This document shows, in pieces, positions 1 to 13,075 of a DNA stretch of 64,000 nt. The stretch is from Trichodelitschia bisporula. Taxonomy: Eukaryota. The stretch spans positions 626,174 to 690,173 of the forward strand of contig ML996691.1 of assembly GCA_010356995.1 (NCBI GenBank), read 5' to 3'. Every line of letters begins with the position of its first letter. Positions within the stretch are counted from its first letter, which is position 1. The notes beneath the pieces are model-generated. The model was not told the origin of the DNA. It did not search any database and was given only the letters and a program-made list of their open reading frames with translations. A program made the translations under genes and the position numbers.

Positions 1-885
1 CCGAGTATTGGTGTAGGCATTGTGCTGTGCAGGCGAGGACTTGCCAGAGGCCCTCTTGGCGGCGGTCTCCTCCGCTTTAATTTCCTTCTTGACGCGACGA
101 ATATGGCGCTGGAACTCAGTAGTAAGTTCCTCAGTGGCAGTTTGCAGGAGAATGGCGTTGAGGAGATCGTAAATCTTGGGGTCGGTTTGGCTCTCAATGT
201 AGAGGCGCTGCACGGCTTGCCCTAGGTTGGGTTGCCCCTCCCGGTGCGAGCGCTCCACAGCGGCGTTGATAATTTCTTCGAGGCCGCCGCGGCGCGAAGA
301 GGGGCGCACAGAAACAGAGACAGTTTTGTTCTGTGCAGGAGTTCCACGTACAGAAGATGTCCGACGTGAGTGCGTTGATGACATGGTGACTCCGTTGCGG
401 GTGGGGTATTTGGAAGGCTTGGTGGCCGATCCGTGGCCGTTGGGCGTGTACTCCTCATCGTCATCATCATCAAGTCGGCCACGGATCATAGGCAGTGGCT
501 CCCGCCCCATTTCTACCTCAGGCTCAGTGATCTTGGGAGATTGACCGGTGCTGGTATCAGCTTCAACAGGCGGCGTCATGTCGGTGTCATCGCCCGAAGG
601 CGCAGCAACGTGCGGCACCCCGTTCTTCTTCCCGCGCGCAGCACTGCTCATCTTAATCTTTAATTTTTGAGGCGGGGGCGCACCCAGCGGCGCCATCGTA
701 GCAAGCACCCCGCCACGCTCAAGACCGTTGTCTTCAAACGACGGAACGGGTGTGCGAGGTTGAGGTTCGATCCACGCGTCCAGGTTGGTCTGTCGATGCT
801 CCCGCCGCGGAGGTGGATCCCCGTTGCCCGGCGCCGGAGATGCATTTGCCGCGTAGCTCTTGCGCGTTTGACGTACAGCCGGCAT
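1..885 (-). CDS. 5' part of a conserved Pezizomycotina nuclear protein (probably PHD-finger family); runs off the window start
   Basis: ATG at 885 opens a stop-free frame to position 1 (MPAVRQTRKS...WIEPQPRTPVPSFEDNGLERGGVLATMAPLGAPP...EEIINAAVERSHREGQPNLGQAVQRLY...LLNAILLQ). It is absent from the ORF track because there is no stop. The PHD assignment is from recall of similar N-termini; no PHD is visible in the window. Confidence 0.7.
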   Translation of the reverse strand, partial: MPAVRQTRKSYAANASPAPGNGDPPPRREHRQTNLDAWIEPQPRTPVPSFEDNGLERGGVLATMAPLGAPPPQKLKIKMSSAARGKKNGVPHVAAPSGDDTDMTPPVEADTSTGQSPKITEPEVEMGREPLPMIRGRLDDDDDEEYTPNGHGSATKPSKYPTRNGVTMSSTHSRRTSSVRGTPAQNKTVSVSVRPSSRRGGLEEIINAAVERSHREGQPNLGQAVQRLYIESQTDPKIYDLLNAILLQTATEELTTEFQRHIRRVKKEIKAEETAAKRASGKSSPAQHNAYTNTR

Positions 886-1805
886 TATGGCAAGAAGATT
901 TTGCGGCACACCGTAGAGCGGATGACGGGGCGCACAACTTCACGCTCCTGAGGGTGTGTTAGCGAGAAAGTTGCAGCAAAGGAGAAGGAAATAACGCGAA
1001 AGCGTAGGGGATCTTACGCTGCTACCAGCTTGGAAAACAAGACCTCCTTCTCTTATACAAGCGAAAGTCGAAATGCCGACGTTGAGGTGTTGTGGCGCGT
1101 GTTCACTCGCGTTTGACGGGTTGGGTTGAAGGGTTGGGGAGACGGGAAAGCTGCAAAGCGACGCTGAAGCGGCAAATACTCGGCCGTCCGCCGTTCGCTC
1201 CGGCCGGCACCCCTGACGGTCAAAGTCGGTCACCACCCGCGCAATACCAGCAAAATAATTATCCCGAGAGACAAAAATAAATGCTGCCTACAGTCCGGAG
1301 ATGCATGAGCAACAGTTTACTGCAAAAATGGAGTGGATAGCTCTTGCTTTCGTGCTTGCCGGCCCGGATGTGCCGGTCCCTTCCCCTCCCCCCATTCCTT
1401 CAACACCCAAGGCACCACCCTTTCAACCATTCCCCCTCCCTCAATTTCACTTCAACATTCACTGGAATCCTCCTTCACAGCGCGAACCCTGGTGATCAAT
1501 CGAGGCAGAACATGGTTTTCATGCTAGCATAAATCGAGAAGAGAAATATAAGGCTGCCGGCTTATCCATACGTGATCCCGTTCCCACTGCCCAGCCAAAG
1601 CCCAACCGGCACCGGCTGTGGAACGACGCATGCAAAAATTGCCCCTCAACCTCCATTCTTCCATCAACCCGGCAGCCCCGCCGTAACGCGCTCCCCACGA
1701 ACGCGACCAACCGGCCCCGAATGCTGCACCATCACGGCACAGATACGAGGACCGGTTCGGCGAACACTTCTGCTCCGAGTCTCTGCCAGCGCAGAAAACT
1801 CACGT

Positions 1806-3549
1806 CTATTCGTCGCTCTCCTCCTCCTCCGTAGTCTCAGCAGCCTTCTTCGCCGGCTTCTTCTTCTTCTTCTTGTTTTTTGAAGCCGACTTAGTAGACG
1901 TTTTGGCCAGCGGAAGCTCAAGGATCTTGAGAACATCCTCATCTGTGATCTTCTTGTCGCTCTTAACCTTCTCGAGGTCGAGAGTCGGCGGCCCGGCAAG
2001 GCGCACCACACCGTTCTTTGTGATGGCTTGAACTGGTTAGCAGACTAGAACACAAAACATGGGTAGGTGGTGGTAGATGTAGCTCCAGAAAAAGTTGAGT
2101 CATCGCGTCTCGGCACACGCACCGCTTGGACAACAACTTTCCGAACAGTCTTTGGAGATAGCCACAATTCGCAAGTGACTGTGAATATGAAAAGGGGGAA
2201 CTCACCAACAGTGGTGAACAGCCGGCTAACCGGTTCACCCTCCTTGTCCGCCACAACCTCGTACTGGCGCAGGACGTTGCGCGACACGCACTCAACGACG
2301 CCGACCTTGGCCGCGCGTTCATCCTCCAGCTGCCGAAGGCTGAACGGGAACGTCCCGAACTTCTTCACGATCTCGGAAAGGGTGGCGCGCGAGCTCGGGC
2401 GCTTGAGTATATAGGTGGTCGTAGTGCGACGGTGCAGCGTCGCACGGTTGCTGACTGTCTTCACCTTGCCACCGCCCAGGCTGAGGCCAGTCTCAATGCC
2501 CCATACGTCGCCGACCTCGGGGACGCCCTCGCCCTTGACACCCTCACCCGGCGCAAGGATGATCTTCTTCTTGCCCTCGATCTCGTTGCGCTCGAAAAGC
2601 CAGCTCGTAGTGCTCTCCACCAGAGTGGTGTCGTAGCTCTTGGCCACCACCTCCAGCAGCTGGTTGATCTTGCCCTGCGAGGGTGGCTTTTGGCTCTCGG
2701 CCTTCTTCTTCTCTTCTTCGGTAGTAGCGAGCGTGCCAGGGGGAAGCAGAAGGCGGAGAAGTAGCTCGTTGGCGTAGTGCGTCGCGAGCAGCAGGTCAGC
2801 GGCGCGGCCGGTGATCTCACCACCGACGACGATGGAGTCGCAAACTATGGTACCAAGGCCATCGATCTGCGCGCCGAGCTGAATCTTGACAATCTCGCCA
2901 TTCTTGATGGTGGTCTCCGCCTCGTCGGCGTCCGTCTTCAGCGGCGTGTAAGGAGTGACGTATGAGCTAGGCGACACGGTCGTGGGATGGGCGATGCCCT
3001 TGGTGATCTTCTTGCCCTTGTACACCTTCGCGATCTCATCTTCCAGAAGTTTGTCGCCCTTCTCGCAAATCTCGACGATCTTCGCGCCGTCGGTGCACAG
3101 CTCTACGGGTGGTTGTCAGAAGCGGGGTCGCGGCAACACGAGTGGGGTAGGTACCTTTAACAGCCTCCAACACCTTCTGCGAAATGGCGCCTGCCTGTTT
3201 GTACTTGGTCCTAGTTCATTATTAGCACACGCCTTGGACTTAGAACCCAATCGGCCTTACAGAGTATCTGGGTTCGCAAGCGTGTAGTCTGCACGAAGGT
3301 TAGCGACGTTCGCTGCCAACACGGTCAACAGCACATTGGACACCGGGTTTGGGAGCGTGTATTCGGCAAGAACGAGCTCGAGAAGCTGCCTTAAAGCCTG
3401 TTGGTAGCAACTACAGCACACACGACGCGTCGATGCGAGTTGCGTGCGTGGGGAAGCTCCCATCAGGGTGAGAAGGAGGGGGTGCAGCTTCCGGGCGCTA
3501 GGCGGGAACGAAAAGTAAACGTACCGACCTGGACTTCTTCGGAAGCCAT
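1806..3549 (-). CDS. cdb4: Curved DNA-binding protein Cdb4 / Ebp1 (PA2G4) homolog, M24 peptidase-like fold; 5 exons
   Basis: Spliced product MASEEVQVDYTLANPDTLTKYK...KGIAHPTTVSP...VKIQLGAQIDG...FGTFPFSLRQLE...AITKNG with a Lys-rich C-terminus (KNKKKKKK). Introns at 3289-3524, ~3211-3260, ~3103-3154 and 2027-2205 have GT/CTAAC-type/AG signals. Confidence 0.9.
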
Positions 3550-4053
3550 TATGATGCGAGTAGGAGAACTGGGTTACTAAGTGTGGTGTTTTTGGAAGAC
3601 TCTGGCGGCTTCGTAGGCAGAGACGCTGTAAGAACGAAAATTGGGTAGAAGTTGGGGTGGTGGTTGTGCGCGGTGATGAGTGGATTCCATGCCCCTCCCC
3701 TGTTCGCGGGGCAGCGAGTGGGCGAGACGTCGGCCAAGCGTTCAGCCTGCAAGCTTCTCGCGGCGTTGCCTTGTTCCATCCAGAGTACGGACGCAGTCGA
3801 GTGTGGGAAGAGGTAAACAAAGCACCATGACATCAAAAACAGCAACGATTCCGGTCACATCGGGAGCTGATTCCTAGCATCTGATCATTCTCTCTCACTT
3901 CGGCCACTCCATAATACCAACAAGCGCATTCCTCGCTCTCTTGGTCCTTTTCGTGGGAATTTTTAAAGAGCATCGCTCTCTCCTGTAGAATGCTAACTTT
4001 CAGCCTAATCCGGCACTTCCGTTACTGCTCCACTCTCCGCATGCGACGGGCCG

Positions 4054-4060
4054 TGACTCA
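4054..4060. promoter_or_regulatory. AP-1/Gcn4(CpcA)-type site TGACTCA inside the near-palindrome CGTGACTCACG, followed by a TATATAA near 4089
   Basis: Exact consensus match about 500 bp upstream of cdb4; target gene and function unproven. Confidence 0.3.
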
Positions 4061-5019
4061 CGTTGCTATCAAATGTGCCCACTAGTCATATATAATGACA
4101 TAAGTGCCTTTTTACAAGTCTCCTTCATGATCGCTACCCGAATCGAATCCTTCTCATCCTACCCACGTCCATTTCCCTTGTTCCTCATTGCCATCGGCTA
4201 CATTACCCCACCAACGGCAGCGCCTGCTCATGTCATGCCCATGGATGGGCTGGCGCGCTTCACCGAAAAGAGAAGGTAGCTGGGTTGACAGTACAGTAGC
4301 GTTAAGCAAAAAGTCGAGGCAAGCACGGCGGAGCCGAGAAAGATGAATATGAAAATGGACTTAGAAGGCAGCCAACGACACAAGACGCTGTCAATTTGGA
4401 AGCCAATGCAGTTGTAAGCAACATAACGCCAGGAGCTGCTTTGAAAGTCGCGCATGGTTTGGCACCGACATGTCGATATGGAATATCAAACAGAACGGGC
4501 AACTACCATCACGCCATCAGACCACATCACCAATCCACGACCTATCAACAACAGTCTTGCATTCCCCAATCAGACCCAAAACCATGGGCTACTGCACCCC
4601 AGCAATATCAACTCACGGTGCTCGGATAACATTCATTAGCGGGTATCCAGGGAGGCCCTCTTCGCAAAGGCGTGCGCACAACCGACAACCCGATAATATC
4701 AAACATCCAATCCCCTCGCCACACACATGTAGAGCAGGCACATTCCGACAACCCAGGTGCCGGAAATCAACATGCACCTGTGAAAACCCAACGCAGAAAA
4801 ACCATCCGGTCCCCTTTCTCCCCACCTAAGCCATCTTCGCCAGCACCACCCCCATCATCCCCAACCCCCCGGTGATAGCAACACGCCAAACAATCCAACG
4901 GTTGCATAAAAGCAAGCAACTTTCAAGCACGCCTCAGAAACGCCAGGTAATCTGTACACTTTCCCGGTTTGAACCCGCCTGTCACAAAAATAAAACTCTA
5001 TCACTCCCTTCTCTTTTAC

Positions 5020-7601
5020 TCAGTTCCCGCTCTTCCTCCGCGCCTCCACACGCTCCTTGTGCTGTCGGTTTCTGAGGTGAACTTCGAAGTTGTCCACTGT
5101 CCGCTCCGGACCCGCAGTGTACAACTTTCCAGGGCAGTCGTTGCATTTGATACGAGGTAGCCACTGGTGCTTGACATGCGGCGGCGGCGGAGCTCCCTGA
5201 GGCAGTTGATTGGGACCAATAATGTCGTTGGTCTCCCGATCAACTGCTCCGTACTTCATCCAGCCCTCAAAGGAGTCATGCGGGTATTTTGATTGCAAGG
5301 TCGTGAGAGCTGTCTGCAGCCACGATGGCGGCGGAGGCTGGAAGAAGTGTTAGATACGAACAACGATATTAAAGAAAATAAGAAAACAAAACGCTATACC
5401 TGTTGGCCGGGGGGAGGTGCGGGGTACGGCGCATCCACGCGCCCATCGGGATAGTACTGGTACTGCTGCCCGTTGACCGATGTTGGGGTTTGGGACTCAG
5501 AAAGCGGAGTCCCGTTGCGCGCACCAGCTGACGCAGCGCGCGACTGAGGCGCGGGAGACGGCGGAGGTGGCATCGCAGTCGTGGCGGCAGAATGGCTATT
5601 TGGCTGGGCTGCCGAGTTCTGAGACGCCATTAGGGGTGTCCCTAAGCGAGATTGCTGGTACTCGCCGCTTGGCTTCGTTTTGCGGTTTCGTAACCATAGT
5701 CGGAATTTCTCACGCGGCATCTTCAGCTTGACGATGAGAGAGGGCGTCTCCGCTACACTGTCCTCGCGGATATCGAGCCCGGAGCGCCGAGCGGAGGTTC
5801 GCGTCTCGTGGTGGTGCAGCGAAGCTGCGATTTCAGGTGTAGCCGAGCGTCCCAGGTTGGCACGCATAGCTGCCTGTGCTGCCGTTGCTGCTCCGCGGAT
5901 ACCGCGCGTGCGCGCCGTACCTTGCGGAGCCAGCGTTGTGACAACTTCTTCCGACTCGGATTCCGAGCTATCGGACTCGTCCGAATCGTCGGCGCCATCG
6001 GTGCGCGCAGCGCGACGTCCGCGCCCAGATACACGAGAAAGTTTGAACAAACGCGCGTTCTCCAGCGACGGAGCAGCTCCTGGCAGCACGGACGAGACCA
6101 CCAAACTGCGGACTGTGCGCTCGCGGTCTTTGAGGTCGGGCAGCGCTGGTCCGCCGCGACGCGTGACAGAGCGCTTTTGACGCCGCTGCTCGCGCAGAAT
6201 GGACATCTCTTCGCGCTGCAAGTCGGCCTCGTTGAGCTCGTAGAGCCAGGGTGCGTAGTCCTTGGCGGATTGTGAGGGACGAAATATAGAGTTGATGGGA
6301 GAGGGAAGGAAGCCATCGCGGACATCGGCGTCCTCGATGGGACGGCCATCGAACGGGTGACCGGTTATGTACAGGCTTTTGGTGAACATCTGGCTCTGCT
6401 CGCGGATTTGATGCGCGATAGCGGTGGTGAATTCGCCGGACAGGGAAAGATCGCGGGCCATGGCCCGCGCAAACTCTTCCGGGCAATTGAGCGGGTTGTT
6501 GATCTCCCACTCGAACTGATCGACAAGCGTATGTGGTCCGATGGTGATGTTGAGTTTTATCAAGATGCGCATTTCGTCATTTTTGTAGGCGGAATAAGGA
6601 AGGTGGGGATCGAGCGGCTCCTCCTCAATGAAAACGTGAGGGTAGTAATCTTGTATCTGTTCTTGCAGCTTTTGCTGCACCTGTTGCGTAACGTAGGGGA
6701 CGTGCTCTGGCGGGACCTGGAAATCTTCGACTAAACCTTCGGCGAACAGTTCGGGGGGTGTAACGCGATCATGGAGATTCCACGTAAACGTGTCACGCAA
6801 CTTAATCTTGTCGTGCTCGATGTCGATGCGCACGGGGACGAGCTCCTCCAACTGGTCGGACTGATTCAACATATCCTCTTTGTTGATATGGAGCGGGCGC
6901 GTCCGTCTTTTGCCCGCGCGCGTGCGATGCTGTGGATAAATGAGACGGAAGGGTCCATCGGTGCGGCCATTGCCATAGCCTTCATAGCCTACGCCGAATA
7001 TCTCGCCCGGATTGGCTCGCCTCACTTGCGCCATTAGGTCATAAGTGTGTTGCTCCTTGTGCTTCTCATCGAAGAGTGAGCGTATGGCTTGATACTGGTC
7101 ATTAAGGTGTGAGGCATGGATCTGATCGCGTTCCCTGTACCGGTTGAGCAACTTCTTGCCAAGAGGGTTGTCAACGGGTTGTTGATCGAAGCCCAACATG
7201 GGCGAGTTGCGCGGCTTTCGCGAGCCGGAGCGCGAGCGCTTGCGACTTTGCGATGATGAAGTTCCATTGATGACGCGCTCTTCGGCCTTGATGACGGTTG
7301 ACCGCGAGTTCACATGGAGGTGGGAGTTGAGATGCGCGCCGCCATCGGACGTCGTCCTCACACCCGCCGCCGCAACGATGGCCTTGGCCTTTTCCTTGCC
7401 CTCACGGATGGCATCCCGTTCATCAAGCACTGAGGCGCTGCCGTCCGAGGGATGACCGACGGAGCCCGCATCCGGAGTGTGGTTCGTGTCGCTTCCGTCG
7501 CGCTCAGGCGGAGACGTGGAGAATCGCGACGGAGATGTTCTCGTGTCATCGTCGCGAAGGGGAGGCGCGGAGTCCGCAACGGTAACAACAGGAGTCGGCA
7601 T
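5020..7601 (-). CDS. SNF5: SWI/SNF chromatin remodelling subunit Snf5
   Basis: Snf5 repeats (LVPVRIDIE...RDTFTWNLHD; IKLNITIG...DQFEWEIN...FTTAIAHQIREQ). Intron 5338-5399. The last exon carries a CNDC...H...H zinc-finger-like tail. First in-frame ATG is at 7601. Confidence 0.95.
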
Positions 7602-7925
7602 CCTATTGTCCACGAGGGATGGGGCTACGCATGGGTTCTGCGACGCCGGATTTCATGCGACTCTAGTTGCGCTTGAGGAGCTCTGACGTCTGGGCACCGG
7701 GAAGGTTAGCGCGTCGAAGGGGGGATGAAGAAGTGATGGCACTGTCGCGTCGCCATTCTGATGTTTTTGGGGGAGGGGGTGTGGAGAGGGGGTTAGTGGT
7801 GGTGGTGTGTGGTGATGGATGGGCGAATGGGTTGGGATGAGAGGACTGAGGGGGTGTTGTGATGAGAAGGGGAGGGGAGACACTTATGGTCATTGCCCAA
7901 GACATGAAGCATCTCAAGACATAGA

Positions 7926-7946
7926 GAAGAAGAAGAAGAAGAAGAA
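7926..7946. repeat. (GAA)7 microsatellite, inside the putative SNF5 5'-UTR intron (7690-7957)
   Basis: Direct reading. Confidence 0.8.
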
Positions 7947-9074
7947 GAGTAACATACCGGATGATCGGAGAGTATAAGGTAGCGGGAGGAATGGGCGGGA
8001 ATTCAATAGACCAATGTTCTGACGACGCGCCCACGGCCAACTCCCGGGCGAGATTTGCTTGAACGAACAACCCGCAGGTTTGAGAGCAGAGCGGCCGGTC
8101 AGCCAGCCTCTCTCTTGGCCCCCAGGGGATGGTCACGTGAGATTGACTTTGACTTTTCAACCTTTGGCTCTTTTTAACACCGAGAGCGAGAGAGCGAAGG
8201 AGATGGGCGATGAGAGAGGAGCAGGAGAGAGTGTAAAACAAGTGGTGAATGAGGTAGGTTTGATGTAACGGATGTTCAGATTCTGTTTGGCTTAGATGGA
8301 TCGATGGACAGAGTGTGTGAGTGGATGATTTTGTGGGTGAGAAAATCCCGTGATGTCAATTGGAATGGATGGAGAGAGAGGCGAAGAAGGAGACGAGAAG
8401 GAAGAGAAGAGAGAAGAGAGGAGAAGCCACAGTTCTCTGTTCTTCGACCACCCGGTCGCCTGCACAGCCGCTCATAATAAAGTACCAGCCACTACGCTCA
8501 ATGGGGAGTCGAGCACTTGGCGGCAATGAGTTTACAAGAGAGTTGACGATGCAAAACTTCCTCGCCGACGTCGACATCTCTTCTCTGTTGATGATGGACA
8601 AATAAAATGTCTAGAGAGAGAGAGACAGGCCATGGAGGAGACGAGATGTAGGAAAACATGAAGAAATGAGCCACGAAACAAGGCATCGGTTTATTTCCGC
8701 GGTTAGCCTGCTCTCTCCGTTCGTTTCAACCTCTGTGGCCCGTAGGCCCGTAGGCATATACTGGTGTGTGGTTGTACATGTAAAAGATAGCAGCCTCCCC
8801 CGGTATGCAGTTCTACCGGTACGAGAACAGGTTCAGCCGTGCATCTTCAGCTAATGATGCATGCCAGCTCCATCGTATTCTAAATCACTCCACCATCCAG
8901 ATGTGCGGGATGACGCTTCCTCCCGACGTCGGCCAGTCCGCGGGGTAGGCATAAGTAGGACTGGCCTACTCCACTTTTTCTCGTGAGGTTTAAAGACAGT
9001 TTGCCCACCAAACCTCGACCCCACTTCGCCTCTTACTGTATCATCAAACCATCTATCACGATCTCCCATTCAAA

Positions 9075-9395
9075 ATGTGCAGAAAGTCCACTTGCGAGAC
9101 TTGCCGTACGTGTCTCCCCTCTCGTATTCTGTGAGAACGAAGCTGACTTGAGCAGAGAAGAAGACGTGGTTCGGTCAGTATCGCTTATACCAGCAATCGT
9201 AGCATTGCTAACGCGCATAAGGCTGCGGCATGCACGTCCCGTCTGTCATGGACAGCATCGACAAGGCTGAGTGGTGTACCTGCGAGCCGCAGGTCGAGAA
9301 GGAGGGGAAGCAGTATCCTCCCAAGGGAAAAGTATGTGAAGAATACTCTCTAAGCCCTTTCGCCACTCACAATCCTCTAGGCTCCTGATGCGTGA
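9075..9395 (+). CDS. 57-aa Cys/His-rich microprotein, 4 exons (9075-9105, 9156-9173, 9222-9331, 9381-9395)
   Basis: CAAAATG start context and three introns with donors GTACGT/GTCAGT/GTATGT, branch points and AG acceptors. The exons join in frame to MCRKSTCETCQKKTWFGCGMHVPSVMDSIDKAEWCTCEPQVEKEGKQYPPKGKAPDA*. Confidence 0.88.
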
Positions 9396-11315
9396 CTCCC
9401 CAAGCTTTGGCCGTGGAAGTAGTACGGCTTCGGATGGGTGAGGTTGCCGATGTATTTCGGACCTGGAAGCAGGCTGTGGGGTCATCACGTAGATAGATGA
9501 ATCGTTTACCGCCCCGAGTGCTTTCGTCGTGTTGAGTGCTATTGTCTTGTTTTGTTTGCTGATATGTAGACAGTTGACAAGCGCATGGAGACCGCTGACG
9601 AAGAAATAATGTACTATGAAATGCAACAGTACATCCCACACTACATGTGCAAGCGGCTCTGAGATCTCTTGCCGCCCGACCAACCCAACATCACCGTCAA
9701 GACCTGTGCATTGTCGTTGGCTCTCATCCACTTGGCGGCCATATTGCTCGGCTGTTACTGGTGTTTCATATCATTCCAGATCGTTTGTCTGGGAACCTTC
9801 CGGGCTCTGCGGGCCGTCTTGATCGAGCCTTAACTGGGATGGCGTGGGGTGAAGTAGAGACGGCCATGATACATGAGCCATTAAGACCGTCACCCTGCAG
9901 GACTGCGACAGCGAGCACTCGATGCGATTGCGACAACGACCGATGAGACCCCTGGGAACAGGCCTGTATCACGCCCTTGACTCTTGACGTGCGGCACGGA
10001 TTCCCGTGCTGCAAGGCTTGAAACTGACGCGGGAAATGCTTTCATTCCCTTTTCGTCGAGAGGATGCTGTGACTCCATGGGACACTAGCCACGCTACTAA
10101 GCCGTCAATCTGATAGTGACTACATCCGTACAATAGTCATGCTTCCCGATTCGAGGCAATTTGATATCTCAAAGGATGAACTAGTACGAGCAAAGGTACA
10201 AAAATACCCAAAATAATAGCTCCACCCCAGCCACTGGTGCAAAACGAAGCAAGGATGAAGGCCCAAACACGCAAGCGCCGGCAGGTGATTGGGGATGAAA
10301 GGACGAATCAAAGAGTGAGGTCGCGAGTTGGCCGGGCCTGGTGAGTGAATGGTCGCTTGCGGCTTGCAGTGGTGGCCACGGGCCAGTCTCATGGGTTAAG
10401 TGAGTGGCAGAGGTGAGAGTGCGTACGGTAGTTGGGGAGTGGAGCAGCGGCGGAGTGGCTCATGGGAGATCCGAGAGTGAGGAGTGTGAGGAGTGAGGAG
10501 TGAGTGAGAATGTTGTGAGAGTGGTGGCAGTAGTTGGGCTTGTCTGTGGATTTGCATGCAAACCCCTCCCCCTCCACTCCCCTCCCAGTCTCACACACAA
10601 CTTTCTTCTCCTCCAACCTCAGCAACCGCCCGCAGGTGACCAGTTCCAAAGAGGGGAGAGAACCAGACATATCTTCGCCGCATTCTGCCCCTCCTCTTGA
10701 AGCCTGCAAAAGGAGTACGACCTTCCACCCTTTTTTCAATCCCAAGTGTAAGTTCCCGGCTCTTACATTATCTTCTCTCTGCAACTCTACACTTCATCGC
10801 TCTCCAAACTCCTTGAGCTGCTTTCAGCTGGAAGTGCTTTGTTTCCTCCCTTCCCTCCTCCCCCCCGCAGTGGATCCCTCCCCCTCACTCCACAACCTCC
10901 CGCAACACGAGTCCCCCCCCCCCCTAAGCGCCAAACCACAAGACCACCCGCTCAGGGCAACGAATGTGCCTGTGAATTACTACATATCTGCTGCGCCTTA
11001 GTTGCGCAAAGATCCCATCGTATCTTCTTGTCGTTGCATCGTTGCTGGTTGAATTCCCCGCACCCGAATCCTCGCGGATCCCTACAGTCTGGAGCTTTGC
11101 AGCCGTCGAGGTGCGCGCACTCCTCTTGACAATTGCTGGTCCTCGCTGCACAGCACTAGACAACGCTGCAAAAGCCGCAGCGGTGTTCTAGGAATATTGT
11201 TGCGCATCGTCGTGTGCTGGACATGGCTGACATTGGCGACCCGTAGTACCCCGCACGACCGCGCACAACCACCTACCTCCAGTCCTTGTGAGGCCTTCGA
11301 ATCCTCGACGCAACC

Positions 11316-12561
<1,246 letters not shown>

Positions 12562-13075
12562 GTTGGATAGGAGAGTGGGGGCTTACTTTCTTGGGATGTC
12601 CAGATATGGGAGTCAAGGCTCTGGTCAATCTTCATCTTCATCAGGCAGAAGGAAAGGAGAGGAGACGTAAAGGCAAATGTAGGCCCAAAGAGCCTTGGAT
12701 TTCGTGCTCATGGGCAACCGGCTGATCTTTGCGGAGTGGGGGGCGCGTAATGCAAATGATCTGTTTTGCGGAGGTAGTATGCTTGGTGCATGTTGTTGCG
12801 GGAATCTTTGAGGACAGATACGATGATGAAAATGGTTCGATAGAGAACTCATCTCTTCTCCCTGGTTCTTATGTTTACTGTAGCTGGCCTTGCGGGTATG
12901 TAGTGCTTCGAGGCGTGAGGCTGCAAGGGCCGTGTTCTTGGCAGGGCTGAGCGCTCGGGCCAGCATTTGACTGCGGAGCTGAAGCTCTTCTTCACGTCCC
13001 ACCTTTTGCACGCAACGGGCTCGCGACAGCACCACATCCCCACTCCGTCTTCTTCATATTCCACATACCATCACC

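Noticed and set aside
3340..3370. Intronic EYTLPNP resembling cdb4 exon 2 (DYTLANP), suggesting a mutually exclusive duplicate exon
   Set aside because: There is no AG acceptor or branch point before it; the similarity is short and overlaps the predicted RNA stem.
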